Of a stretch of DNA of 64,000 nt, positions 12,954 to 25,665 are shown in pieces (within the stretch, counting starts at the first letter, position 1; each line of letters begins with the position of its first letter). Origin of the DNA: Octopus vulgaris (taxonomy: Eukaryota); the NCBI GenBank assembly GCA_951406725.2, contig OX597821.1:62496001-62560000 (forward strand). The letters are read 5' to 3'. A model generated the notes under the pieces. That model ran no database searches. It was not told where the DNA came from and was given only the letters and a program-made list of their open reading frames with translations. Both the position numbers and the translations under genes were made by a program.

Positions 12954-14094
12954 TTGTATACATATACATATATAATTTTTCTACGCGTTTGGGTGTATGA
13001 AATTGTGTACGTGTGGGTGTGTGATTCTGCGTATATATACAAGATGTGTATGAAAAGTCCTTAGCCTAAAAAAAACCCCAAAAAATGGTACAAGACTTCA
13101 AGGCTCAAAGGCCTTGAAGGCTCACAACTTCATACACCCCTCGTATGCACGCTTGCACGTAACACGTTTTTTTTATGTATGCGTACACTAATATTTCCTT
13201 TATGAATTGCAACAATTTGATTTAAGATTTCGATTAAGAATACCATGTCAGCTACTGAAACATATATTACATACCATTTACAGACTTTGCAGATAATCTT
13301 TAGGGCATGCATTACATTTTATATCTTCATCGTCTCAGTTTGTTTTAATATATAAACATACTCTCTTCCTCATACAGATGCACCCATTAACTCAAAGAGA
13401 CATACGCACCTGTATAACAACTGGCATAACAGTTTATAGCATCTATCTTTCCTTTCGTGAGATCAACTGTAACGGAGGCATCAACTCATTTATTCTGACA
13501 GAGAGGGAGTTTGATTTGACAGAGGTTTAGCTTCTATTTCTAACCAGGTCGAGCGACTACGCAAATACTTTTCTCTTTCGCAATAGTTTTCAGTTACGTT
13601 TTCATCTGACATGTCATCTGACATGCAAAGACCATATGACCCTTTGTTTTTAGTTTACCTTTTCATCGAACTCCCTGATCGACTAAATACTTTTTCAAAA
13701 CACTATGATCAAATTTAGGCTGTAAAAGTCTCACCGAAGGTAAAGTCAGATGAAATAATTTTCTTTATTGTTACTGATGCTCTTTTGTTGTTGCTGTAGC
13801 TATTGTTCGATTTAAATTTGCATTTAAAGTATAAATAAACCAGAATATCAAGTAAATTTATGGAGACACACCAAAAATAAACTTTACGAGTTTCGATCTA
13901 AAATTTGATAAGTGTTTTTCTTTCTATCTCATTTTATGATTTATATGATAACGATTTTGCTAAGAAGGCGAATGACCAGCCGTATGAAATATCTACCGTT
14001 ATGGAGACATTTATCGTTTTAGTTTTGTACACATATGCATTCAGTTTGACAATATAATGGTTTTTAACTTGGGCAGCAATCCAGGAATATTTAG

Positions 14095-14215
14095 AAGGGA
14101 AAAAGTAATCGATATAATTGACCTCAATACTTGACAGATACTTATTTTTATTGACACCAAAAGGATAAAAGACAATGTTGACTTCAATGGTATTTGAAAT
14201 CAGGCAGAGAAGTAT
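14095..14215 (-). mobile_element. Old SINE family B fragment
   Basis: Degenerate match to actggtacttattttatcgac..aaaggataaaaggcaaagtcgac seen at 49415-49465. Confidence 0.55.
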
Positions 14216-14403
14216 TTTGGTCCGGAAATATTTTCGACACACATCCACCAGCTCCGAGCAAACACGGATAAAATAAATATATTTCATTATCATTCTAAAA
14301 TAAAGCGTATTCAGCATTCGGAATTGAAGTAATATACATACACTCACTCACAAATTAATATACAGCTACACACTCACACATACATGTATACACACACATG
14401 CAT

Positions 14404-14468
<65 letters not shown>

Positions 14469-15555
14469 TACGTATATGAATACATATGCATATATGTTTG
14501 TATGTCATTATTCAGTCTTATTTCAAGATCTTTTTGCCAATAGAGAAAGAGACGCTTTCTTAGATCCAAGGCGCTTCATTGGAATTTCAACAGGTTATTT
14601 AGTTTGTATGTACATGTGCAAATTTGTATGTATTGTTTTATTTATGTCCTCTCATGCATATCCTTGCATATCTACACGTAGAAAGGTTTACATTTATTAA
14701 CAGCTCCAGTGATGGATTGGATTGGTAGTCTTCGTATCAGCTTTTTCCTTTCTAGTTTTGAGAAGCCTAATTTTTCAAGATTGGTATTTAGGCAGTGTGT
14801 TACGGGCCCCAATTATCAAAGGTATAAACATGAATTTATAATCTGTATAGAATAACTGCAGATATCTCAATAGTTCAGCATATGTATGTATGTATGTATG
14901 TGTGTATGTACGTACGTACGTATGTACGTATGTATGTACGTATGTATGTAAGTATGTATGTATGTATGTATGTATGTATGTATGTATGAACTCACGTGTT
15001 TATTTACAAATTCTGCACGTAAAACATAATACAGATGATTAATACCATGTTATGTACCAAAGGTTAACGATATAGTTAAAACGAATTTTGTATCATCTTT
15101 TGGGGAATATTTGCTTTGAAGCCTCAGGTGGAAATTGTAACATATGTGTACAAATAGTGACGTCACATATTTAGATATTCTATGATTACATTTGCCCATT
15201 TTGACGAAAAATACTGATGAAGCCAAGTGAGAACAATTCTAGAGAAATGGTTTCGTTGTCAATGTGTGCTTTGTCGTTAATTGGATTCTACCGCAATGTA
15301 AGTACTTTCTTAGGCAGGCTTCGAATATGTAAACGTCTTCCTATATATAATTAATGAACCGAAGACAATACATGAGAAGATAAATCTTCTGAGAACAAGC
15401 AAACATTGAATATAGTATTCCATTAACACTGTATTGTGCTACAAACCACTAATCTGGATAATATACATTAACAAAAGTAAAATGGGTTATTTTCAAAGTC
15501 TAACTGAAAATCATTTATACACCACACCACATACAAACACCCAGTTTTATGCTTG

Positions 15556-15602
<47 letters not shown>

Positions 15603-16136
15603 TATATATGCATCTATCTATCTATCTATCTATCTACAACATATAAGGATAAAATTTATTGAAGAATATGTGAAGTAGCCAGCGTGAAAGTCGAGGAAAA
15701 AATTTAAACAAAGTATATAATATAAATACATTAATTATATTAAGGGCTATTATGCCACACGGTGTAATGAGACTCTAAAGTCAAACTACTTCACCGAAAG
15801 CGAGGAAATACAACATTTATATATATATATATATATATATGTTTATGTTTTTTGTATTGAATACGTATCGCCACTGTGGGCCACTGCATCGAACACTTTG
15901 AACATATAGCATGAATGAACTTACTTCAAACTATATATCAACTATACATGAACTCTAAGATGTCTGACTCCGTTGTGTATTATAAATGAATTTCTTGTGT
16001 TTGACGGCATGAGCTGTCTTTTTTTATATATAACTTTTTTTGATAAGGTTCATTTCAGGAACAAAAACATGTTATAATGTATATATGAAAATTAAAAATT
16101 GTATAATATAGCAGCATTTTCGAACTTAAATTTTTT

Positions 16137-16179
<43 letters not shown>

Positions 16180-16493
16180 TATAGATATATATATATTTAT
16201 GCTTAAGTTACGGGGCGTAGACATAGCAACATTGGTTGTCAAGCGGTGATGACGCTCAAACACAGACAAAAAACACATACGCACACTCGCGCATGCACAC
16301 ACACATATGTATATGCAAATCAAAAAGGGCTATTTATGACAGGTAACGACAAAAATATACACTTAAATTGACTGCGGTAGTAATACGATTCATAAAAGTC
16401 ATTATTATGAGATTATTATAAGATGATAATAAAGTAAGAGAACAGAACGGACCATGGTTTACGCAAAGCTATTCATCGTTATATATATATATA

Positions 16494-17130
16494 TATATTT
16501 CGGAATGGTCATTTTGCCAGTTTAGTCTACTAGAATGGAGCACTAGCACACACCACAACATATGACGATAGAGGATCCCGAAAACATAATAAATACACAG
16601 ATAAATAAACAAATAGAAATAAATAACTATATATATATTTTTTTTTGGATTAGATTTATTATTATTATTAGTAGTATTGTTGTTATACATACATACATAC
16701 ATACAAGCATATGTAATGATAATAATCAGTAGATGTAAACACATGAACAAAATAAGAATAAACAAAAACAACAACAAAAACAATATACAAATTACATGAA
16801 CGTATATAAACAGAAGATACAAATATTACAGACATCCTCCCACATACACACACTAAATAAACATAGACGCACATAGAGATATAAGCATGCGCAAATGAAG
16901 ACATACAATAGAAATACAAAATGGCTGACGGTTAGTAAGGAGAGACACAAATAAGAAGGAAGAAAACAAAGGACCACTGAAGCGGTCACAGGAGTGTGAC
17001 GAAAGAACTCTGGCCGAAATAAGATTAAGATTAATGTAAAAAATAAATAACACTGAAGCAAAATAACACCAAATATATAGTGCGTGTGTTTTTATTGGCT
17101 AAACTGGCAAAATGACCATTCCGAAATATA
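16494..17130 (+). mobile_element. Element with 34-bp terminal inverted repeats and internal HHR-like core
   Basis: 16494-16527 is the reverse complement of 17097-17130 (one mismatch); HHR-like motif at 16971-17015. Confidence 0.7.
16971..17015 (+). ncRNA. Degenerate hammerhead ribozyme candidate
   Basis: CCA-CUGAAGC-G-GUCAC-aggagu-GUGAC-GAAAG-aa-CUC-UGG: stems I and II present, CUC triplet; A9 is C in this copy. Confidence 0.5.
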
Positions 17131-17190
17131 ACAATATCTGTTTCAACACACGACTTCACATAAAAAATCTTGCACAACAAATATTTAAAC

Positions 17191-17247
<57 letters not shown>

Positions 17248-17282
17248 CATATGTGTATGAATATATATATATATATATTTAC

Positions 17283-17396
17283 ATCACCGTGACCGACCAG
17301 GCTATTAGATGTTGCTACACATCGCTGGTCACAATGCGCTTGACATTGTTTTAGCCTTCAAATGACGCCACCCCGCTGGCTAAGTGAGCAGGCCAA
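17283..17396 (-). mobile_element. SINE family D, 3' tail only
   Basis: Matches 21586-21698; flanked by (TA)n. Confidence 0.85.
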
Positions 17397-17412
17397 TATA
17401 TATATATATATA

Positions 17413-17749
17413 AGGGTAAAGACCCCCTTCGGTCATGAATGACCATGGGATTGCACCTAGAAAGTTACCCTCCTAGACACAAGTCCGGGCACGGTTGTTT
17501 ATGGAAGACCAGCAGTCGCCCATGCATACCAGCCTTCCCTCTCCACGCCACCAGTGTTATCCAAGGGAAAGACAAAGGTCGATACAGCTTGGCACCAGTG
17601 ACGTCGCAACTCATTTCTACAGCTGAGTGAACTGGAGCAACGTGAAATAAAGTGCCTTGCTCAAGAACACAACACCCAGCCCGGTCCGGGATTCGAGCTC
17701 ACAACCTCACGATCGTAAGCTCGACGCTCTAACCACTGAGCCATGCGCC
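17413..17749 (-). mobile_element. tRNA-derived SINE family C, full length
   Basis: Minus strand reads ggcgcatggctcagtggttagagcg (A box), gagctcgaatccc (B box), CORE-like cttgagcaaggcactttat; homologous to 42374-42712; in (TA)n. Confidence 0.9.
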
Positions 17750-19859
17750 TGAGCCATATATATATATATATATATATATACGAGAAGCTCCTTTCAGTTT
17801 ACATCTACTAAATCCACCCAGTGTATTTAGGCACCCATAATCTGACGGTTTAGCAAAGGAGCCCGATATAATAAGTATGAGGCAAAAAAATAATTCTTCG
17901 AGTCACTGCAATTGTGTATCTTGTTTTATATGCCTACAGACCCGACGGGCGCTATTGTTTCGGAAATATATATAACAAGCGGTATTGCAGATTTTACGCA
18001 TTTCATGATAGCAGTATAATCTGTCAGATACATTTCTTATCAAATTGGTCACGATTTTACGTACTTACTGTTTGTTGTTCATTATGCCGCTAATAATTTT
18101 TGATATGTCGTAACATGTTATTTTGTAGTTTATGGCTTTTCTGTCATGTTTTATCTAGTTTATTAATATGTTCATTTAATCTATAGCTAGTACATACGTT
18201 CATTAATCTGTAGCTAGTATACTTAAAGCGCTGCTTGTCCACTTTCACTTTCAAAGTTTTTACAAGAAGGAGTAATTACAATATATCGCTTTCTGCCAAT
18301 TTGTTAATTTGCAAGACAGTACAGGCGCTGACAAAGTGGATTAATTTATTTAAACTTTATTGTACCAAAGCTTCTTGCATAAACTAAAGTGTAAATTATA
18401 CGTTTCCAATATACGCATAATTCGTGTTCACTGTAAAATTTAAACAGCGCAGTTCTGCGAGCGATTATCATCTGCTCAAGGGCATAAAAGTAAAAAAATC
18501 TGAAAAATTTCTAGTTATGTTAAGATAGCTTTATTTTTCTGTCAAGGATTGAACACATTCTCTATCAACAATGAAATAAAACTTTGAGGTTTAAACACCA
18601 GTCCTGTTTTTCAGGTTTATGAGAGTTAAGAAAATTCATTCCTTAAGAAATCTTATATTTCGAAGTATAAAAAATATCAACATTACCCTACATGCTGTGC
18701 AGCTAATTATAAATGATCTAATTCACATTATGCAAATCAGACAGACGCGTTTACATCTGCGCATCATAACACCATATATACACCATATGTAGCCGTCAGC
18801 CACTAATCATTCTATGGAATGAAAGTGAATATTATTTTTGTTATGATGGTCTTGTAAAGGTACAAACTAGACTGATTGATTAATTTCCCATCCTGTATGG
18901 TAGGATGGGAGGAAACATTGCTGTGTTGGAAGGTTTTTTAAAATTTTATGTAGAAATGTTTAAAAGTGTGAGCATGTCAATATTTAAAAGCAGAAACATA
19001 TCAATCATTAAGATGTAAATCATCTTCACCATTATTATGAGAGGCACATAAATCTTTGAGAAGCGAAACTTCTAAATCTCAAAAGACGTGCTTGAATCTA
19101 AAATTACAATATATTCCGTTATTAAATTATACTAATACGAAGGTATGCTGAATTTTCTTTCAACTTGCAGACTACAAGTATTCTTCATGAGTATGCTCAA
19201 ACTGAAATACGAAAGGAAAAACCAATAACGTAATGGAAATAGGAATTGTTTTATCTGCCTCTAATGTTAGAAAACGTAGTTAACAAGTTGAACATTTAAA
19301 AACAATACTAAAAATCGTAGCGATATTGGTGCTGTATTCTCAATCTGTTTCAATACGATGCAGCCTTTCCACCTAGTAAATAATGAAGGTTGAGTACTTT
19401 CACTCAAAATTATTAAATGCTCTTAATACAAATTGGTACAGCATATTATCTAATGATTTTATTAGAATGTTCATGTATTTTTTGGTTCTGTTTTCCTCTT
19501 CGTTATCGTTTTTTTTCCTTATCAAACTTTCTTTCTTACACTTCTTTCTTCTTTAAGCACATCGCAAGCATCGTCGCCGTCGTCATCATATTCACCATCA
19601 TACTTCTTTTTAAATAATTTGCATTCTTCTTTTCATTCTTTTTTTGGTTTATTTTTAATTTTTTCGCATCATCATCATCATCATCTTTATTATCATCATT
19701 ATTTTTTTTCTATGTTCGGGCTTTCATAGCGCTAACAAGCGCAGCTGCGTGCATGCTGTGGATCCATTCCGTGTTTTGCTTCGGTTCTGCTTATTATTTT
19801 TTTCTTAAATCAATTACAACGAAACTGTTATTATAAGGATTGGTTCTGTATCCAGTCTC

Positions 19860-20080
19860 CGTATTCTGGTTTCCAACATTTTCAGATATATTTATTTGGA
19901 TACTTTCCCAATTTACTTCAGAGATCTATTAACATCTTTTGGGATTGATGCTTCAATTAGGAGGCATGTCTTTACCTTGCTATGAAGCATTTCTTTATCG
20001 TTTCGTTCCTGATAACAATATCATATCGACTGCGTGTGTTCTGTTTGTCATTATAGGTTTCATTATTCCAGAGTATATTT
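19860..20080 (-). mobile_element. Decayed R4/Dong-type LINE restriction-like endonuclease (REL) fragment
   Basis: Minus strand gives RYDIVIRN and KTCLLIEASIPKDVNRSLK*..K.SK*, resembling the REL motif RPDIV...CLLIDVSIP.D.N...KE.EK..KY. Confidence 0.6.
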
Positions 20081-20714
20081 CTGGTGAGACTTGGGAAAAT
20101 GGCATTCTTTGAGTTTTTTTTTTTCCTGCTGCATATTTATACCACCTCTTTTATAATGCTGAAACATATGGCAGTGAATGAAAGCCCAAACGCATCATAA
20201 TTGATGCATTCGGTCATCATTAATACTGGGTAGCTACAAGCCTAGTGGTTTATTTTTGCTCACAGACCTTCACTTGTGAAAATATATCATATCGCTTATC
20301 CTGGTTGGGCTTAATCTCTACAAAACCACATGCCCCATCAAAGTATTTTGGGCAAAAACAAAAAGGACGGTATTCTACTTCATCATGCATATTTTTTCTG
20401 TATGCGAAGGAAAGGTTTTCATCCACTTTTGCAACCGAGAATCATTTCATCTCATGATTCTATTATTTAGTCGGTTTCAGAGACTCTTTCTCTCTCTCAC
20501 TCGCCATCTCCCTCTTTTTCTCTCCCTCTCCACTCTCTCAATCTTTCTATATCAGTCTCTCTGTCTTTTGTCGTTTGTCAATAGCAACCCTGTAACATTT
20601 TCCCAGTTTTTGGTCATGTATTTTCTTTGCCTCTATGGTTTACTCATTGCTTTTAGGTTTCTCACAACATTTTACTCACAAAAATTATGCCATTGCAGCG
20701 CCTATTATAAGGAA

Positions 20715-21005
20715 TGTTGCTTAGTGGTTACGGTATTTAGATCACGACCACGTAAGGTCGCGAGTTCCTTTCCCGGCAGAGTCCTACAGAAAAACATTTT
20801 AGTTCAAGTTGCTCCAGTCCCCGCAGCAGGCAAAAAGTATGTTGTAAGTAATTGAAAGGATCAGCCTTCTCACATTCTCTTTGAGGCTGAATCTCACTGA
20901 GAACAAAGTTAAGTCTGTGTAGTGCTCAGCCACTTAATATCACGAACAATCTATTCTGTTGATCAGATCAACTGAAATTTCATCATCGTAACGGAAGGTG
21001 TGCTT
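20715..21005 (+). mobile_element. Old tRNA-SINE (family C-related head, different tail)
   Basis: gcttagtggtta.ggtatt...gagttc...ttcaagttgctccagtcc; homologous to 51815-52108 (minus). Confidence 0.7.
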
Positions 21006-21481
21006 CTAAACGTACAATTTAGCTTCTAGGAAAATATATAACGATTGCTTATATTTGTGTGCTTGGTAGCTATTTGTATGTCTTTTCATTAACTTATCAT
21101 TTTGTGTTTCTACAAGTGAAATCGTACAAGTATTATCGCGTTGCCAGAGCAACCCACACATCTATATTAGTGAAAATATAATCTGTCTGTGTCAGATCTA
21201 AAGTGGAGTCCTCAAAGCACTAATTTCTCTTTTCTTTCCTACCTTTGGTCTTGCTTTTTCATGTAGGCTTCATTTGAGAGTAATATTTAGAGAACGTACA
21301 CAATCGCGCTGGTGTGGCTGTGTGGTAAGTAGCTTGCTTACCAACCACATGGTTCCGGGTTCACTTCCACTGCGTGGTAATTTGGGTGTCTTCCACTATA
21401 GCCTCGGACCGACCAAGTCCTTGTGAATGGATTTGGTAGACGAAAACTGAAAGAAGGCCGTCGTATATATATATATATACG

Positions 21482-21542
21482 ACGCATTGTGACCTTCGAT
21501 GTGTAACAACATCTAATAGCCTGGTCGGTCACGGTGATCACG

Positions 21543-21580
<38 letters not shown>

Positions 21581-21641
21581 CGTGATCACCGTGACCGACC
21601 AGGCTATTAGATGTTGTTACACATCGAAGGTCACAATGCGT
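21482..21641. repeat. Perfect 160-bp palindrome (65-bp arms around (TA)15)
   Basis: 21482-21546 is the exact reverse complement of 21577-21641; the TA spacer is self-complementary. Confidence 0.95.
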
Positions 21642-21866
21642 TTCGCATTGTTTTAGCCATCAAATGACGCCACCCCGCTGGCTAAGCGAGCAGGCCAACA
21701 GAAGAAAGAGTGAGAGAAAGTTGTGGCGAAAGAGTACAGCAGGGATCGCCACCACCTCCTGCCGGAGCCTCGTGGAGAATTAGGTGTTTTTGCTCAATAA
21801 ACACTCACAACGCCTGGTCTGGAAATCGAAACCGCGATCCTACGACCGCGAATCCGCTGCCCTAAT
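21577..21866 (-). mobile_element. tRNA-derived SINE family D (tail type 1), nested in family A
   Basis: Minus strand reads ttagggcagcggattcgcggtcg...ggtttcgatttcc; head and body shared with 27724 and 48663; tail ends ...ggtcacggtgatcacggtga. Confidence 0.85.
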
Positions 21867-22146
21867 ATATATATATGTGTGTGTGTGTATGTATGTATGT
21901 ATATATATGTGTGTCTATGTTTTCCCCGCAGCATCGCTTGATAAGCGATGCTGGTGTGTTTACGTCCCTGTAACTTAGCATTCTGCAATATATACCGATA
22001 GAATAAGTACTAGGCGTACAAAGAATAAGTCCTGGGGTCGATTTACTAGACTAAAGTTGGTGCTCCAGCATGGCCACAGTCAAATGACTGCAACAAATAT
22101 AAGACTGGAAAAGAATAGAAAGAAGAGTTTTATATTTAAAACTTGA

Positions 22147-22291
22147 GGAATTATGTACATTATTTACATTTGACGGATATTTGTCCTCATCTTGGTTGTT
22201 GTTAATACAATGTTTCGGCTGTTATTCCTTCCAGCCTTCATCAAGTTGGGGAAATTTCGAACCTGGGTTCTCATTCGCAGGTATTTTTCAA

Positions 22292-22336
<45 letters not shown>

Positions 22337-22505
22337 AATTCAGGTCACTGCTTGGAATCGAACTCAGAATCTTGGGGTTTGTAGCCGCGCTCTTAACCCC
22401 TAAGCCATATGGCCACGGCTGATGAAGGCTGCAGGGTATATCAGCCGAAATGTTGTGTTAACAACAAACAAGATGAGGTCAAATATCCGTCAAATATAAA
22501 TAATA
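22147..22505 (-). mobile_element. tRNA-headed element with HHR-bearing tail and inverted tail copy at its 5' end
   Basis: Minus strand has an A box at 22407-22389, B box gagttcgattcc at 22365-22354, (TAA)n, then a tail with an HHR core; 22159-22243 is the reverse complement of 22420-22504. Confidence 0.75.
22419..22458 (+). ncRNA. Minimal hammerhead ribozyme core
   Basis: CUGAUGA-A-GGCUG-caggguauau-CAGCC-GAAA-U-GUU-GUGU; a second degenerate copy lies on the minus strand at 22244-22204. Confidence 0.65.
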
Positions 22506-22787
22506 TAAATAATGTAAATAGTGTAAAATAGAAAGAACCTGAAAAAGTGAGGAATAAATCTAGTGAATAAGTAAACGTATTTATAACGATTATGTCTCTT
22601 AATTATTAATCATGCAATGGGCTCAAAACTAACCGTCTAAGACCCGATATCATTCATTAGCAAAACGCTCCTGAACACGCATTCGCAAAAACACATCATA
22701 CATAATTACATGCATACATAAATCTGTATATTTATCTATATGTGTGTGTGTGATTAAAATCAAAATAAGCAAGGTTATCCAGAGGTA

Positions 22788-22876
22788 ATGCAGTACGATC
22801 GTTTCATGTAACTCCATTTAATTGAACAATGTAATCGTTACATAAATTTAAAATGTAGAGCAATCTTCAGTTGCAC
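22788..22876 (-). ncRNA. Hammerhead ribozyme candidate with long stem II, in a repeat next to (TG)n
   Basis: Minus strand reads GUGCAA-CUGAAGA-uugcucuacauuu...aaauggaguuacau-GAAAC-GAUC-GUA-CUGCAU: palindromic stem III loop, GUA triplet, stem I with one mismatch. Confidence 0.5.
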
Positions 22877-23414
22877 AAAGACATAGACTTTAATTAAATT
22901 ATAACAGATGGACACATTAGTATAATTTTACCTAAAATCTCCAAGAAGTTAAGGAGATAGACAAAGAACATGTTGTACCTACAACAGCATAGCCGTATAT
23001 GTGTGTGTGTATATATGTATACATGTATGCATATATACTTATCTATCTATCTTTATATTTCTCTCCCTCTCTTCAAAGACACACATACATAGGTATATGT
23101 ATGTATGTGTATGTATGTATGTTGCTTCTATGTATGTAAGTATATATGTATGCATGTATGCATGTATTTATAATGTTCACGCACATCGTACATACGATGT
23201 GCATGCTGTGAATCCACGTCATCTTGCACAACAATCAATAAATCCAATGCTATAAAGATGCACTTTTAACATAATCTCGTATCTGTACGAAGAAACTTTA
23301 TTTAATGGAAAAACAGTGCTAAATGGCTTCAAATAAAATTTTTCAGGCCTTAACATGCTGATGCATTGTTAACGTTTCTGCCTCTCCTCAAGTATGCTAA
23401 GATTAGTCATATAA

Positions 23415-23493
<79 letters not shown>

Positions 23494-24360
23494 CATATTT
23501 TTTTTGTTTATATATATCGTTGATTTGCTTTATCGAGAATGTTCCCCTTATCAAATCTTCCAATATGCTAAACCTCGATTCAAATGACATGGCAGTGTTA
23601 AATCACTTGTCCCTAATTTAGACATAAATTGTCCCTAATTTCGGTGTAAAGAGCAAGGAGGCGGGATGGACTATGAGGAGACTCATGTCCTAAGCGCAAA
23701 TAAATTTCTGCAGTAAACATCAAAATCACGTTGTTTCTTTCTAATGCAGGTATTTCCTCGTACAAAACCAATATTTTCTTCCATAATATAATGCTGAATG
23801 ACATAAGATCTTATTGCCATTTCAAGGAAATCGTTCTACGTGCACTTATCACTCTTAGTAATGGTATAGCAGTAAAATCGTGAAAGCATAATAACCGATG
23901 ATAACGTTCACAAAACGTACATTGTTAAAGTCTAACTATAGTATGATAATTAATACACCAAATTAAACGAGGGTACTTCCGTATTGTTGATCGCAGGGAG
24001 AACAGTCAAATATCCCTCAAATCAATCTCTCCACTCTTGAAAGAAATGAAGAATATTATATCACGTTCTTAGGCACATTAAACCTCACATGACCGAATGA
24101 TCGCAACAGGATAGCGTTGAGCCGGCGCTGAACAGTGGTAACATTTTCAATAATGTTCAATACTAGTCACTACTGGTATGGTTTTATATGAGTTATATTC
24201 TGTAATTTTCTGAATGTGTAACAGAAGAGTTCATCTATGCATTCAGTCCCTAACACTTGAGTTCGGATAATTTTGCCAAAAGTTTATGATTATTCAAAGA
24301 GATATAGGCAATCTACTACGACATAAAATACTAAATTATAAGTGGGTGTATCTGCGTTTG

Positions 24361-24440
<80 letters not shown>

Positions 24441-24505
24441 ATTTATATATGTGTAAATAAATATATATATACATATATATATATTTACGTGTGTATACAC
24501 ATATA

Positions 24506-24559
<54 letters not shown>

Positions 24560-25006
24560 TATACATACATATATATACACACTCATACACACACATATTT
24601 TTGTAGATACGTATGTGTGCAAGTATATATGTGCGTGTATGTTTGTGAATCTCTCGATTATATATTGATCAATCCTACTTAGCAGACAATGTGACTGGCT
24701 GATACTCTTTCACAAACTGTAATTAGGTTCCATTACCATTACGAGTGAAATCATAAACATTGTAGCTACATTAGGTATTAAAACTAATACGTATAACTTA
24801 TATGACTTGCTTCACATGTAGAATATATAAGAAGCGTCTAAATGCGTCATTTTAATGAGCCTCTGACAGGCTATAAACTGAATAAAGAGCAGTTGGGTAC
24901 AAGAGATCGGAACGGTGTCTAGAGGGAAGTTTTAGAAGATTGACACTTGTAAATTCGCTGATTAATATACCTAATACAGTTTAAACGTATTATTGTGAGA
25001 TTATTT

Positions 25007-25345
25007 CAGGAAGGTGTGTGCTGCGTAGCTGCATGGTCAGAAACTTGCTTACCAACTCTATTTTTCCGGGTTCATTCCTCCTGCGTGGTATGTTCGGCAA
25101 GTGTCTTCTACTATAGCCTCGGGCCGACCAAAGCTTTCTGAATGAATTTGGTAGACGGGAACTGAAAAAAAGAGCGTCGTATATATGTACATATATATAT
25201 GTACGTGTGTGTCTATGTTTGTGTGTCTGTGTTTATCCCCCCCAGCATCGCTTGATAACCGATGGTGGTGTGTTTACGTTCCCTTGCTCGACTAAAGGCG
25301 GTTCTCCAGCATGGCCACAGTGAAATGATTGAAACAAGTAAAATA
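25007..25345 (+). mobile_element. SINE family A with internal deletion
   Basis: Homology to 37011-37397. Confidence 0.85.
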
Positions 25346-25494
25346 GTATATATATATATGTATTATGTATGTATGTATATACACACACATACACACTCAA
25401 CAACACTGGTTGTCAGACGATGATGGGGGTAAGCACAGACACAAAAGACACACATGCATACATATATATGCGTGTATGTGAGTGTGCGTCATTG

Positions 25495-25665
25495 TCTATA
25501 CTTGTGTATTTGTTACCAAGCATCACTTGACAACCAGTGATTGGGTGTTTATGTTCACATATGTATACATATGAATAAATACCAGCATGAAACAATTCGA
25601 CTAAAAATTCTTCAGGGCAGTGCCCCGGCATGGCCACAGTCTAATGAACGAGACAGGGCAAACAT
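25495..25665 (+). mobile_element. SINE family A, old 3' fragment
   Basis: catcacttgacaacc...tcgactaaaaattcttca.ggcagtgccccggcatggccacagtc. Confidence 0.65.

Larger units (their letters stand above)
21305..22105 (+). mobile_element. SINE family A interrupted by nested insertions in its internal microsatellite
   Basis: 5' half 21305-21463 and 3' half ~21890-22105, separated by family D sequence. Confidence 0.9.

Noticed and set aside
17700-17749. tRNA gene candidates (also 22340-22416, 27724-27790, 42374-42440)
   Set aside because: A and B boxes are present but there is no full cloverleaf, and they continue into repeat bodies, so they are SINE heads.
18300-19420. Possible mariner-like remnants (KQRS...LLKGIK; tacgaagg)
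   Set aside because: Only a few residues match; no paired TIRs or catalytic motifs found.
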